Positions 25,080 through 38,685 of a stretch of 64,000 nucleotides of DNA are shown here, in pieces. The DNA is taken from the NCBI GenBank assembly GCA_951406725.2, contig OX597816.1:54560001-54624000 (forward strand), given 5' to 3'. The position numbers were made by a program, and so were the translations under genes. Each line of letters begins with the position of its first letter. Position 1 is the stretch's first letter. This DNA comes from Octopus vulgaris (taxonomy: Eukaryota). The notes under the pieces are model-generated. The model made no database searches and was not told the DNA's origin. It saw only the letters and a list, made by a program, of their open reading frames with translations.

Positions 25080-25312
25080 TAGACGGAAACAGAAAGAAGC
25101 CTGTCGTATACGTGTATACCTATGTGTGTGTATATCTTTGTGACTATGTGTGTGTGTTTACGTCTCCGTAACTTAGCGGTTCAATGAAAGAGACGGATTG
25201 AATAAGTACAGTGCTGAAAAAATGTACTGATGTCGATTGGTTCAGCTAAAATTGTTCAAGGCGGTGCCCCAGCATGGCCGCAGTTCATTGACTGAAACAA
25301 GTATAAAATAAA
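25080..25312 (+). mobile_element. SINE family A, 3' half
   Basis: AGACGGAAAC..GAAGCC..CCGTAACTTAGCGGTTC..GGCGGTGCCCCAGCATGGCCGCAG..GACTGAAACAAG. Confidence 0.8.
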
Positions 25313-26540
25313 AGATTACGTTTCGTTTTCAGGAGATTTGCCCCGTGCAAATGCCGAGAAACGAAACCGAAATACTTCCACCGGTCAACTGATTCGAACA
25401 CCACACTCAGCATATTTATTTCTTCAAAATAACTTATTAAAAACATAGTTAAATGGTGCAATTGAAGAATCATTGAAAATAATTTATATTCCAATCTGAA
25501 GAAAATTAGAAAAGTCGATATTTTGTATTGTAAAAAAAAAAACAAAAACAAAAAAAAAAAACTCAGAATAATCAACACATCTTTTTCACGCTATACCAAC
25601 CAATCTTTCTATAACTTAGCAGTGAATATTTTTGTTGAATCAACAAGGAGACACGCATTGCTTCAGTATTTATTTCGTGTTGTCATTGTTTTTAATATTT
25701 AGTTTAAAAAATCAGAGTAACTGCTATAGACACCTCACACGGGAAACCTAAAAAACTGCCACAAACAATCGAAGAAAATTGGTGCTAATACAATGAAGTA
25801 ATTAAATAACTCTATTCCTGCGACAAACAGACTTCTTTGTACCTAACTTATCTGGCTCGCAGACACATCTCTGATCTGAAGCTAGCTGAGCTGTTCTCAT
25901 CTTAGCAGAAACCAATTAAAGTCTCCTGCTATTGCGATGTCATGGTGATGAAAATATTACGAAGAAGAAAAAAAAACAACCAAACCAAATTCCAACATTG
26001 AAAATATCTTCATATCGATATCAACAGCTACATCAGTTTCGATAGAAACTGATCTAGCTGTTGATATATATCTGTGAATTATGTATTTAATTAGAGATAG
26101 TTTAGAGCGCTAAACTATTTTTAGAGTTATTTCTTATAAAATTTAATCATAACTCGACACGAAACCCTCCCCGCCTCTCAGCGCACCCCTTTTATTCATA
26201 TACACTTGGCCACCCGTGTTCAGGTGTATAAATTAACAGCAGTGTCTGCTTATAGATTATATATGAAAGTGAGTGTTAATAACATCGATACATAAACATA
26301 TATACCTGCTGTAATATATTAAACAGGTAAACAAACAGTTACAAAGCAGTCATTGTATGCACAAACAATGCTTGGCAGCCATGTTTTTTTAAGCGACAAC
26401 ATCTAAACAATGGCAATATTGTTTGTTGAAATTCTTGTGAACAATAAATCAGACAGTTTCCTCTGAGACACCTATGACGTACAGATTTAACAAGAATGTG
26501 TTGATAGGGTAGAATTAGTAGCTAAATCTCTCACAAATAT

Positions 26541-26735
26541 TGGTTTCAAATTTTGGCAAAAGGCCAGCAATTTCACGGGATAATGTAAGTGGTTTACATT
26601 GATCACAGTGCTGAACTGGTACTAATTATATGGACCCCAGAAGGATGAAAGACAAAGTTGACCTCGGCGAAATTTGAACTCGGAACGTATAATCGGAAGA
26701 AATAGCCAATTTCCTTAAAATATTGTCCTGCCGGA
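26541..26735 (-). mobile_element. SINE family B
   Basis: AAAGTTGACCTCGGCGAAATTTGAACTC core in reverse orientation. Confidence 0.75.
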
Positions 26736-26949
26736 TTATAAACAAGAAAATAGACATACTTGATGGTTTTAGATAAACTGTATTTAGAGGGTCATGACAG
26801 GGACTGCCATTATAGGCCTGAAGGATTAGGAATGATCTAAAGAGATGGTCATAAGAGATGGTCATAAGAGATGGTCAACGCTATCGCCAGCGCTGCCGCC
26901 TACGCCACTTTCGTCGTCGCCGCCGCCGCCACTTCATATGCAGACCATC

Positions 26950-28260
26950 CATATCGGGAGACTTACTGTTGTTCACTTCTTAAATAGCATATTTGACTTC
27001 TAATGAAGGAATCTCTACTAGAAAATCTTTGTTAGATCTCTATAGTATTGACTCAATGAATTATTTATCAACTTCTGACAACCGATTTTAAAGTTCTTGA
27101 AAGTGTGCATCCATCTGTCCTATGAATAAATTTGTCATCTTTAGTACGTGATGGAGCAATAGGAGAAGACGAAGGACCGCATGCTTCACGGAGGAGTCTG
27201 TAATAATATGGTGTTGCTCGAATTATAGCCAGACTGAATTTCATCAGCTTTAATCTCCCGCCAAGATTCCTGGATTAATCGCTAAATACGAGACTTCACA
27301 TATTTAAGTGAATTGGTAAATTTTATCCTTCTTTTTGTGGTGGGGAAGCATCTTTGAGAAAAGTCGAAGATGCTCTCTTCTTTTCAAACAGAAACGTGTC
27401 GATCGTGTCCCTTTCATTAAACCAATCTTGACGTAAAACCAATCACATCAGCACAAACATTACAGTCTTCAGTCATTTTCACATTCCAATATTTCCAATT
27501 TTTGACCTCACAATCTTTCAAGCAGCCAAGAGTCAACCTCTTTGCCAGAGCATCCCCCACTTACATCCTAACTTTGTCTTTACCATGAACTTAGCCTTTG
27601 CTCTAACGAGGCCATAGTAATTCCAACACTCAGCACCACTCAACGAATAAAAGATGCACATACCACGAAGGTCAAGCCAACAATCAGTAAGATGCCACTG
27701 TTTTGAATCAGGATGCACCCATCTGGTCTTATCTTTCTGTTACCGCATAGTATTTCCAATACAAAAGCCCAATTCAGCACACATTTACAACAGAAGAATC
27801 CCATTGTCATTACACTTGTCTATACCGTGTTTGCCAATACACGTTCCATGCATTACAGTCCCTTCTTACTCATCCATTAAAATCACCAACAACGATCATT
27901 TTGTCGGATTTGGGAACCTTCCTGACAAATTCTTTCAGAAACATGTAGAATAATTTTTTTTCAGTTTCAGACAAACACATAGGTGGAATATACACACTAA
28001 CAAAAGTTACGATATACTCATTGATCAACGGAAGTCTTATATACATAAGTTTATTACTGACTCATCATGGACATTTTTCCAGACCTGATACGACACACTA
28101 ATTTCCTTCTTATACTCCTCGCATTTACAACTTCAGTACGAAGTAAAGCCACTTTTCTATAAAATGACCTTCATGTACAAAGCTGGTTTCTGAAAATGTT
28201 GTAATACCTCTGTTTGCAACACTGCAGTTCCTCCTTTGTTACAGATGTTCTTTCAGGACA
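26950..28260 (-). mobile_element. RTE-clade LINE, APE endonuclease region, degenerate
   Basis: Minus translation FSETSF, FYMFLKEFVRKVPKSDKMIVVGDFN, IGKHGIDKCNDNGILLL*MCAE, TRWVHPDSKQWHLTD, typical of RTE/BovB endonuclease. Confidence 0.85.
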
Positions 28261-28266
28261 TGCTCT

Positions 28267-28321
<55 letters not shown>

Positions 28322-28419
28322 ATCTCTGTCTGTCTCTCTCTCTCTATATATATATGCATATATATGCACACATATATATATATACACATATGCATACACA
28401 CACACACATATATATATAA

Positions 28420-28459
<40 letters not shown>

Positions 28460-30059
28460 CAAGCATATTAGTAATTATATATATCTTAGAAAAGTTACTT
28501 ATAATTTATGCGATACTTTGCCATTTGCAGAAGACGCTTTATAAAATTACCATATATTCTCGTGTTATATAACACACATTTGTGAAGACGCATATATATA
28601 AATATGCATTTCTCATAATTGTGAAATACTTGTGCGAATAATCGCTATCATATTCACGTGCATATATGCATAAATGAAACATACACGCGCACATAAACAA
28701 AGGTGGCACCAAGACTTGCAACTCTTAATATGAATAAAATAATAAGCGTGTGTAATAAATATTTTCAATTATATGGAACAAAATCATTTAAAAAATGCTA
28801 AAATAATACTATATAAATAATTGAATTATTATTTAAGAAATAGTTTTTATTGATAAATTTTTAGAAATAGTTTTTATTGATAAAAAAGGGAAATAAACAA
28901 CAACAACAAAAAAACAACAGTCGAAAAGACTTTTTTTTAATTTTCTTCACCAAATGAAGAATTTGTAAGAAGAGAAAACGAAAGGGAAATAGTTTGAATT
29001 CTTGAAATTGAAGTTTTTCTTTAACAGCAGTAATTTTGTATGATTCATCAAAAGCTCTCCACAGATTAAAATAGCCACCGTAATATTCATTAGGCTGAAA
29101 ATCAAAGTAAGATTGGACGGATTTTCAAACATTCATCATTCAAGGAGACTAATGTAAGGATAAAGCAATGACTATAGTGAAAAGGGTGGGGGGAGAGGGA
29201 GAAAGAAGTGGGGAGTGGAGAGATTCATAAGTTCGATGTGTCTAATTCAATTATGAAATGCGGAAAAAGTAGCAGTTTAAAACATTTCCATTAATTTGAT
29301 AATTTGCTCCAATTATTTGTAAAACATTTCTGAATCTCCGAACCGATTGCAATAACAGATGTTTTCTTTTTTTTTTCTTTTTCGCGGGGAAAGAATTGAG
29401 AAGCAAAATATTCGGGTGATTGTAGTGGAATTCATTCCGTCAGACATCCTGGAAGTGAGATCTAAATATAGACCTTTGCATTAAATCCCTTCTGGAATGT
29501 ATAACAATAGTCTGGCCCACATTAAAAGAAATAAAATAATAGGATTAACTGTGCCTTCGCCCTACAGAAATAGTTCTTCACCAACTATGCCATTTCCAGA
29601 TGGCATTCCATGAAATAATTCTCTGTGATGCAGTTGTGTATGCTTTCATTTATTCGTTATAGAAATATTGGAAGTAAGGCTGCTCATATTTTTATTGAGT
29701 GCCAAGGTAGAAGTACACAAGAAAATGATGTCATTCTCCTTACAATTTCAGCTGCTTACTTACTCTTAGCTAATTGAATTATGCTTTCAGTGAAATGAGG
29801 CTTTTTAACTAAATGTTGTTTGTGCCAACAGATGACGCCAGCAGTCTTTCAATAGACTCGAGAATAGAAACCATATTTTACTGAAACTTAACTATAGAGT
29901 AATTTAGAGAAATGTCGACATCAACTCACTCAGCCGATCAGTGAATCACCCATTTACTGAGATACCTTATGCTTGCATCACTGCATCCCTGTCAATATAG
30001 CTGTCTGTTTGCCTATATTTATATGTCTGTGTCAGTAAGTATACGTCTGTGCGTATATG

Positions 30060-30142
<83 letters not shown>

Positions 30143-30715
30143 GCATATATGTATGTACATATAAGTATATATGTAGCTATGTGTGTATGTATATGTGTGT
30201 ATCTATATGCATATATGTATGTATGTACATGTATCTCTTTATATATATGGATATATGTGTGCTTATATATATATCATTACTATCTGTATATCCAATCGTA
30301 ACTCGACGTCTTCATTTGTCAGGATAGTTATATACACACCCACGTGTTGCACACGTGATGTATATTCAGACGTATCTCGGTGTGGTATGAGAAGGGGGTT
30401 GGGGTGATCGGAAATACAGGAAAATGAAAATACCTACAAACAAAAGAAAAATTAATCAAAGAAACTGAACTTTAACAAGATTCTAATTGAAAATCGAACT
30501 GAAAATTGAAAAAAAAATGTAGTGAAAAATAGTGCTGATGATAAATATAATGATGAAAATTGCTTGGATAAATAGGTTGTTTCCTCAAATCCTAGTCAAC
30601 AACAACTTCCTTCTTGAATAGGCGATGATACCACAAAATTTGAGTTACAAATGACTTAACAGATCCTATAAAGAGGTGCTATTAAATTAGACATAACCGG
30701 GACCAATCTCTGATC

Positions 30716-30841
30716 AATACATACATGCATACATACATTCATACATACATACATTCATACATACATACATACATACATACATACATTCATAAATACATAC
30801 ATACATACATACATACATACATACATACATACATACATACA

Positions 30842-30870
<29 letters not shown>
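30716..30870. repeat. (CATA)n microsatellite
   Basis: Directly visible; abuts the RTE 3' end. Confidence 0.95.
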
Positions 30871-30872
<2 letters not shown>

Positions 30873-30997
30873 TATGGCTGCCCCCTCGTTATCGAGTATG
30901 GCCATTGCACGAAGCTCAACTGTTACTGGTGCTGTGATCGAATGTGACTTTTTAGCCCAGCCAAAGATCTACAATGTCTTGTACAGAATTGGCAACT
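30873..30997 (-). mobile_element. RTE LINE extreme 3' end (C2H2 finger + 3' UTR)
   Basis: CQFCTRHCRSLAGLKSHIRSQH; the 3' UTR GCTTCGTGCAATGGCCATACTCGATAACGAGGGG is shared with 61165-61210. Confidence 0.75.
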
Positions 30998-31496
30998 AAC
31001 ACGGAGGCACACATCAAGTGCCCGGAGGAGGTAGTACTGTCGTAGGTGAAGAGGGTGGCTGCTGGAAGACACTGTCTGGCAACAGGACTCTGTAGTATGC
31101 CACAAAAGCAGGCGAACCCAGTCATGGCTCTCACTCAATTTCTGCGACCACCTCACCCCTAACATCTGGTTACATAACTCCCTAGACTGCAACCCCCTTA
31201 GTTATGTGTGGGGCACAGTTGAGCGAGAGGCCAACAAAACTCCTTGTAACGCCGAAGTTAAACTGAAGGCAAGGATTATGGTAGCATTGATCAACTTAAA
31301 CAAGACGACTGTCCAGAAGGGTTGCAAGAGATTCCGAATTCGTCTGGAGGCTGTGCTTGACGTATATTGGCGATTTTATTGAATTAGTATTTCAAAATAT
31401 TTTTATGTAATTTTGGTAAATATATGTTAAAATGAGATGTCGGTGTTATTTTTATTTTCCGTAATTTAGACAATTTAGTCACCGCAACCCAATGTA
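30997..31496 (+). mobile_element. DD37D (maT-type) Tc1/mariner transposon, 3' fragment
   Basis: WQQDSVVCHKSRRTQSWL..NIWLHNSLDCNPL..VWGTVERE..RLEAV..GDFIE; 37 residues between the QQD aspartate and the third catalytic position, which is eroded here; TIR-like end near 31470-31496. Confidence 0.8.
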
Positions 31497-31498
31497 TA

Positions 31499-31579
<81 letters not shown>

Positions 31580-31743
31580 AAGTTTATGAAAAAAGAAACA
31601 AAAGACGAAGACAGGTGGTGTACAAAACAAACAGATGTATTAGTATAGCGCTCAGGAATAGAAAAAGTCTTTTACGTTTCGAGCCCACGCTCTTCTACAG
31701 AAAGGTACACAGAAAAAACAAGGAGAGAAACAAGCAGAGAAAA

Positions 31744-31775
<32 letters not shown>

Positions 31776-32660
31776 ATGTGTGTGTTTGTGTGTGTGTGTG
31801 TGTGTACTAGACTACCTGTGACCCGTCGGGTTACCAATAGTTCAAAGATGGTAACCCGTAATCTGATTTACACGAAATTTCTTGACGTCTCCTGCTTTTG
31901 TCCCTTTCTCTCTGTTTCATCAGACACTCTGCTCTTGGAGCATCCGATCCCTGATCTCTCCTACTGCTGCTTTTTATCTCCGTTCCGCCAGACACTCAGT
32001 CGTTGTTTTATCAGTCTCATTGATCCTTCTTTTCGATCTTGGGTAAATATGTCGTAAAGGAACCGTTCGTACTTCTGTGTGAAATAATTTTTCCACAGGT
32101 TTTTCGAGTGCATTCAACGTATCTCTCCTCCAAACACACAGCAAGCCACTTCCTTCCGGAAAAGAAAGTGTTGAAGGGTGGATCTTTTACGAAATATTTA
32201 CTGTATTCTCTAAGTCATTTTCACTTAAACATATTTTTTAAATTTGCCAGAAAAATAATTTTTGTAATGGTATTCACTTGAAAATAATTTAAACAAAAAT
32301 TAATATATTGTCTTTTAAAGAAAGTAAAAATATAAATACTTACTGTAAAAACAACTTACATTTTTGAAATCTCATTCACTTAAAAATATTTCTAAATGAT
32401 GAAAATAGGTATTTACACTCACCAAATTCCAATCTCACAAGAACCAGTTGTTCTATTTACGCGAAACCTGTTTTATTGTGCTTGTATTCACATTTCAGGA
32501 GAACCTTAATTCATAGTATGTTCCCATTATGCGTTAGCTCGGCTGTGCAACATTGCAAGCAAGTAAGATTGAAGTTCATTTTTAATATATTACAATATAA
32601 TATAACATATTATAATATATATACATATATATACATATATATACATATATATATATACAT

Positions 32661-32694
<34 letters not shown>

Positions 32695-32703
32695 GTATAT
32701 ATA

Positions 32704-33519
32704 GTCAATAATAATAAGGGTAAAATTAATTAATCAGTAATTAATAATTTTACCAAGCAGTGTTCTGTATGTAAAACGACCATTTACGGTATATTTAAAA
32801 CATTACTTTATATAATTAGGGTTCAGCAAAGAAATTTACTTTACCACACACCGAACTTTTAGAAATAGCAGCCAAAGAATTTTGCTATTTCTTCTACTAT
32901 AAGAAGGGTCTCCCAGACAATGTATACTCAAAAACAATTCACGTAGGTATAGAGGGAAAAATAATGAAAGATCACTCGTACATCAATTACTTGAGAACGC
33001 CGTTTCTGGGTTAGTTAGATATAGAGATGCTAGAAATACATACCTATTCCAACATTTCTGCCATCAGCCCAAGATTTCGTTAAATTTAAATTTGAGAGCA
33101 CTAAAAATCGAACATACCCGTCTGATTTGAGTAACCTCTGACGAACCACCTTCGACCACCAGTACTAACGAATTCAAAACGTACGAATGAGGCTTTGCAT
33201 CCTCCCCTCTCCACCCACGTGAGTTATAGAGCAACAAATACCCACAGAAGGATCTGTAGTTTATTATCAGGGAGAGAATTATATTGTCAATAATAATAAG
33301 GGTAAAATTAATTAATTAGTAATTAATAATTTTACCAAGCAGTGTTCTGTATGTAAAAAGACCATTTACGGTATATTTAAAACATTACTTTATATAATTA
33401 GGGTTCAGCAAAAAAATTTACTTTGCCACACACCGAACTTTTAGAAATAGCAGCCAAAGAATTTTGCTATTTCCTCTACTATAAGAAGGGTCTCCCAGAC
33501 AATGTATACTCAAAAACAA
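32704..33519. mobile_element. Tandem pLTR/retrozyme-like element (582-bp unit, 234-bp direct repeats)
   Basis: 32704-32937 nearly identical to 33286-33519; the spacer has a minus-strand hammerhead motif at 32990-33073 (core CTGATGG). Confidence 0.75.
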
Positions 33520-34915
33520 AAGTGTGTGTGTTATAACAACCCCTCTGCATTTTTATTAATGTCGGTTCTACTCTAATGTTTTGTATGTTTCTATGTGAAA
33601 CGTCACAGTCTCTCACAATTTCATATTCTTGTATTACAGAAGTTTCTCTTCTAAATCTTTCTTACAGCACTACGCTCCATCTTAATGTGAGTTCTACCGT
33701 AATATATGAGTGGGGGTGGGAGTGGTGGGCTAGGATGTGTATAATGCATCCCCAGTTTTATTCGAACGTGAGTCTTGATATTCACAGAAGGTTAATATTG
33801 TTTCATGGAAGTAAGTGATATGAAAAGAACTTCCGGTATCGAAATTATGTCAATTATACGCGGTTTACCATTCTGAAACTCCCCTGTGATGCGAAAAATA
33901 ACTTTTGAGAGGCACTTCTGACAATGAAATGCTGATTCTCACAAGAAACGATTCAGGTTTCTGGTGAGAAAATTTTATTATTGTTGGAACGGTTGTTGTT
34001 GCAAGAGATAAACAGATATGGTGTCAAGATTTTGCGAAATGCCATGCAAGTTCCAACTAAAAAGATCTATATTTTATGTAATATGACAGAATATGTTTTC
34101 ACGGAGGGGGTGGGGTGGGTGGGTGAATAGTTATAAACCATGAAACAGCAATTGATATCGATCTCGACTGTTCTCATGCCGTATATAACATAATTCTGCT
34201 TCATTGTCGTCGCTCTCCTCCTCCTCCTCCTCCTCCTCCTCCTCCTCCTCCTCCTCCTCCTGTTATTTTTATCAGCATCATCATCACCGTCATCACAAGC
34301 GTCATCAACGTAAGTCGTCGTCGTCGTCGTCTTTGCTCTTGCCGTGATGTTTGTCGTCGTCATCATCATCAGAATCATTAACGTCGTAATGACGATAATA
34401 ATGATATATTCCATAAATATGGGGGAGTCAATATGTCATGCCCTACTATCAGAAAGACACGGGGAACGTTGTGAGGCTCCTTTATAAACTTTGTCACATT
34501 GCATGGCGGCTGTTTTCGTCTGCTTCTCGTTCACATTGCTGCTGTTTTTATTATTTAGCTGAAAGACTGATTGACTAGACCTATAGCGAAAAGTATTCCA
34601 GTTAAGATCATTTCGTTGAGTTTTATGTTAATCACTACATTGTTCCATGCTCCTTTCCTTTTCCCATGGTGATAAGTTCTCGTTCCCACACATTTGGCTT
34701 CTATTTCTAAAAGATACAACTAATACACCAGAGTGTGAGGTGTTACTACGAGGTAACAAAAGGGGAAATGGTTTATTTAAATTGTTTATTTCAGTCATTA
34801 AGCTGTGGCCATGCTGGGGCATCGCATTAAAAAGATTTTAGTCGAATGAATCGAGCCTATTATTTTTCTTTTATACCTGGCACGCACATACACACACATA
34901 TATATATATATTAAT

Positions 34916-35119
34916 AATGGTTTTAAATTTTGCCACAAGGGAAGCCATTTTGGGGAGGGGAGGAGTCGATTACATTGACCCCAGTGTTTCACTGGTACTT
35001 AATTTATCGCCCACGGAAAGATGAAAGTCGACTTCAGCAGAATTTGTGAACTCAGAATGTGAAGACAGACCGCTAAGCAATTCGCCCGGCTTGCTAAAGA
35101 TTCTGCCAGCTAGTCGCCT
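34916..35119 (-). mobile_element. SINE family B, preceded by a family A tail fragment at about 34780-34880
   Basis: Reverse homology to 9227-9444 and 55700-55913. Confidence 0.75.
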
Positions 35120-35269
35120 TACCACACACATATATATATAGTAATAATAACAATAATCCATAGATAGAATTTATAAATATTTTAATACGTCGCTACGCAC
35201 GTTTCCACACATCACATATCTCTTAAGATCACAGTCCATATTCCCGGGAGGATTACACTGTAGTCCATA

Positions 35270-35730
35270 GCATCTGTGAGCAAGACTCGAACACCCCACA
35301 CTCGCATTAAAGAACACCTCAACATACGCGCATCCTCATTCAAAAAACACATTGACAAATGTAGAAACGTCAAACAACATATTACAGTTACCATGAAATC
35401 TAATGATAAAAATGTTGGCAACTTAAGAATTTAGGAAGCCTTGCTTATACATAGATTTAACCCGCAAATAAATAATAGATTAGGACTCGGCACACAGTAC
35501 TTAACATGAAAATACACACGCCACACGCAGACTAAACATTTCATACTAAAACGAAAAGAAGAAAATTGATTGAAAAATGATATATTAGCAATTGACGTCA
35601 TTCACGGGGAAAGCGAATAAAACGCTTGGAAAATAAATTTAAATCAAGATTAAAAAAAAACATTTTATCCAAAGAAAATTCCTTGAACCCTGCTGAAGGG
35701 ACTTTTAGGTCCCGAAATATTGGACAAATA
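35270..35730 (+). mobile_element. Penelope-like GIY-YIG C-terminus and 3' region with degenerate minimal hammerhead (35688-35723)
   Basis: HTRIKEHL..FKKHIDKC..NLRI*EALLIHRFNPQINNR; CC-CTGCTGA-A-GGGAC-TTTTAG-GTCCC-GAAAT-ATT-GG. Confidence 0.7.
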
Positions 35731-35974
35731 AAGACCAACAGTAACAAAAATATAAAAGCAAAAATCAAAGCAAAGATTGCCAAGTAATTTACTTTTAATA
35801 TTCGTCACCTCATCTTACACTCTATTTTGCATTGCTTGGCCTTCTGTCTCTTTCAACGTGACATACCATTTACAATGCTCCAAGCAAACTATAACACACG
35901 CACATTCTTATATATTTGTATAGGTTCCTACACGACAGAGGCTACTACTCACTCAAAACTGAGAGCTGTTTATC

Positions 35975-37150
35975 TATTACTGACCAGCCAGGAACTAAGG
36001 CCATGCTGGAGCACCACCTTTCGGTACGATCGATTTCTTTTCTGTACTGTTTTTGGTGAAACAGCGAGGTGGACAGAACGGCTCTTTTCGTGCTTCTTGC
36101 TGCGATGTGGATTCACCAGTTGTCTTGGATAAAAATTTGTCCAGACACTTTTTGAAGACCTCCACATCTACACCTCGTAAATCTCTGACGTTGTTTGGCA
36201 GAATATCGAATGGCTGTGAACACTCGAAACCCAACCTGTTTCAGTAGTGGGTCCTTATTCGAAATTGGAGAAGACGAGATCTTTGGTACCACGCAGCGCC
36301 GTGCAGTTCAGAGGTTGGTATAGTTTTCAATTCCAAAGTTGGGAGCTAGACCTTTCAGGATATAAAATATGTATATCACTGCATAGCTTTCACGTATTCT
36401 TATTTTTTTACTACCCACAAGGGGCTAAACACAGAGATAACAAACGAGGACAGACAAACAGATTAAGTCGATTGTATCGACCCCAGTGCGTAACTGGTAC
36501 TTATTTAATCGACCCCGAAAGGATGAAAGGCAAAGTCGACCTCGGCGGAATTTGAACTCAGAACGTAGCGGCAGACAAAATACCGCTCAGCATTTCGCCC
36601 AGCGTGCTAACGTTTCTGCCAGTTCGTTGCCTTTATCTTTCATGTATTCTGATTAGGGAGTAGAGCTTCATTTCGTTTAGTCTCTCCCAGTTGATCATCC
36701 GTTTCACTGAGTTAATCTTATTTGTGACACTGGATTACCTCAAGATTCGCCACCAGTTTGACACTCAGTTATGAGCAGTGTTCCAAATGACTGAAAACGA
36801 AAGTTCTCCATAAGAGTAGCATTCTATCCTTTTTCCTGGTTCTTAATGATCTCAGAATACATCCGGCTACTCGCCTTTACGGTGTTGCCATCTTGGTAAT
36901 ATGCACTTGGAATGTTGCGTCATTATTCATATGGATTTCCAGGTCACGCACCGACTCTGATTCTGGGATTGCACTACATCCGAGTCCTGTATATTCCGGT
37001 TGAAGTGGGCTGAAAGTGGAGTATTTGAAACTTTTCATCAGCCCATTTTGTATATTGCATTCAGACCGTTTTGCAGTTTTCGTCTGTCATCAAGGTCCTT
37101 AACCACCTCTGATACTTTTGTATCGGCAGCCATTGATGGTGAAGTTGGAT
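35975..37150 (-). mobile_element. CR1-type LINE 3' end (RT C-terminus + 3' UTR), interrupted by a SINE
   Basis: ESVRDLEIHMNNDATFQVHI..GCILRS..LLWRTFV..WERLNEMKLYSL..PFDILPNNVRDLRGVDVEVFKKCLDKFLS; 3' UTR GGTGGTGCTCCAGCATGGCC. Confidence 0.85.
36401..36632 (-). mobile_element. SINE family B inserted in the LINE, with 14-bp TSD
   Basis: CTTTCACGTATTCT (36387-36400) / CTTTCATGTATTCT (36637-36650). Confidence 0.9.
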
Positions 37151-37173
37151 GACTAAATGGACATCTTATAAAT

Positions 37174-37535
37174 CAGCGGTTCACAACTTGTGTTTTTTTT
37201 TTGTTTTTACCTCTAAACGGCTTTGATTACTGTTTTACTCTGGTGGATCCCCGTAGTAATTCGATGTCTAAAGTTAGTTTTATTGATAGTTCTTTCAAAG
37301 TAACTATTTTGCTCTTCACACATTCACTGGCGTCGTTTAAGCTATATAAAACATTGAAGAAAGCAATCTTGAAGATTCTTGTAATAAATACACCAAAACA
37401 AAACTTTTTCATGGACCCTTAATATACCCTTAATATACAACTATGGGTCCCCAATTTCCTATATTGCTTGTGTCGACCCCACGAAATCTTAAATGGACTG
37501 CCGGGGGTCATATGCACTCCGATTGAGAAGCGCTG
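37174..37535. mobile_element. Non-autonomous hAT (Charlie-like) DNA transposon / MITE
   Basis: Imperfect TIRs CAGCGGTTCACAAC / GATTGAGAAGCGCTG and a perfect 8-bp TSD TTATAAAT (37166-37173, 37536-37543). Confidence 0.85.
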
Positions 37536-37595
37536 TTATAAATAGGCTGCTGACTTCAATGTTTTATTCCAATAAACGTGTAATAAACTTTGCAG

Positions 37596-37651
<56 letters not shown>

Positions 37652-37711
37652 CGTGTGTGTGTGTGTGTGTATGGATATTTGTTTATTCATGTGGAGGTAA
37701 TTATATAAATA

Positions 37712-37747
<36 letters not shown>

Positions 37748-37800
37748 CTTAATATTTACGTCTCTCTCTCTATATATATATGTTCAGTATTAATATATGC

Positions 37801-37841
<41 letters not shown>

Positions 37842-37842
37842 T

Positions 37843-37928
<86 letters not shown>

Positions 37929-38602
37929 GTGTGTGTGTATGTATGGAAAGAGAGAAGGAGGAGAAATTTTGTGCAACCAAATTGAGCCTACGCGTACCAT
38001 GTTTCGTGATCTCGCTGCAATGACGTAGCAAAGACTATATAGAATTTCATTGTGACATTATATTTGTTTAGCTCCATTATCAGAATTCACGGAAGAATGG
38101 AAATAATGGAAACTGCATATTATCTTTGCTTATATTTTGTCACGTTTTCTCTGTATGATGTGATATGTTGGCTGGTGTAAATTAGAACGTCTTACAAAGA
38201 CTTCGGTAATTGTCTACAGGAAATATTCATTAAAATGTGAGAAAATGAATTGCTCTCAATGCTCAAGTAGTTTTGCTTCTCAAAGTATATTAACTAATTT
38301 ATTGTTGAAGAATTCGATAAATTCTAGGAAACCCATTAAGCTGTTACTTCGATGTCTTTAAGGTTTGATAAACAATAGTTTCCATCTTAAGATTTCAAGT
38401 ATTAATGCAAGTAAGAATAGTAGATTTATGTTTTTAAGAGCTCTTTTCTTTATCAGATTTGTCTGCTTGACAATAATACCCTTAAAGCTTTTTAAATATT
38501 TCAATTCTAAGATTAAATGATAAAAGTTGATAAATGTTACTTGCAATTTCCCAATAGACTGTCATATAGCAGCAAATAGTCTGGAACAATTTCCTCTCAG
38601 TG

Positions 38603-38685
<83 letters not shown>

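Noticed and set aside
26841-26879. 13-bp x3 tandem (also a 22-bp duplication at about 23445 and a 28-bp duplication at about 28835) as a CRISPR-like array
   Set aside because: No spacers and a eukaryotic context; ordinary slippage duplications.
31660-31706. Hammerhead-like CTGTAGAA-GAGC/GCTC-GAAACGTA on the minus strand (similar traces near 23400 and 41050)
   Set aside because: The core deviates too much from CUGANGA to call; probably PLE-associated remnants.
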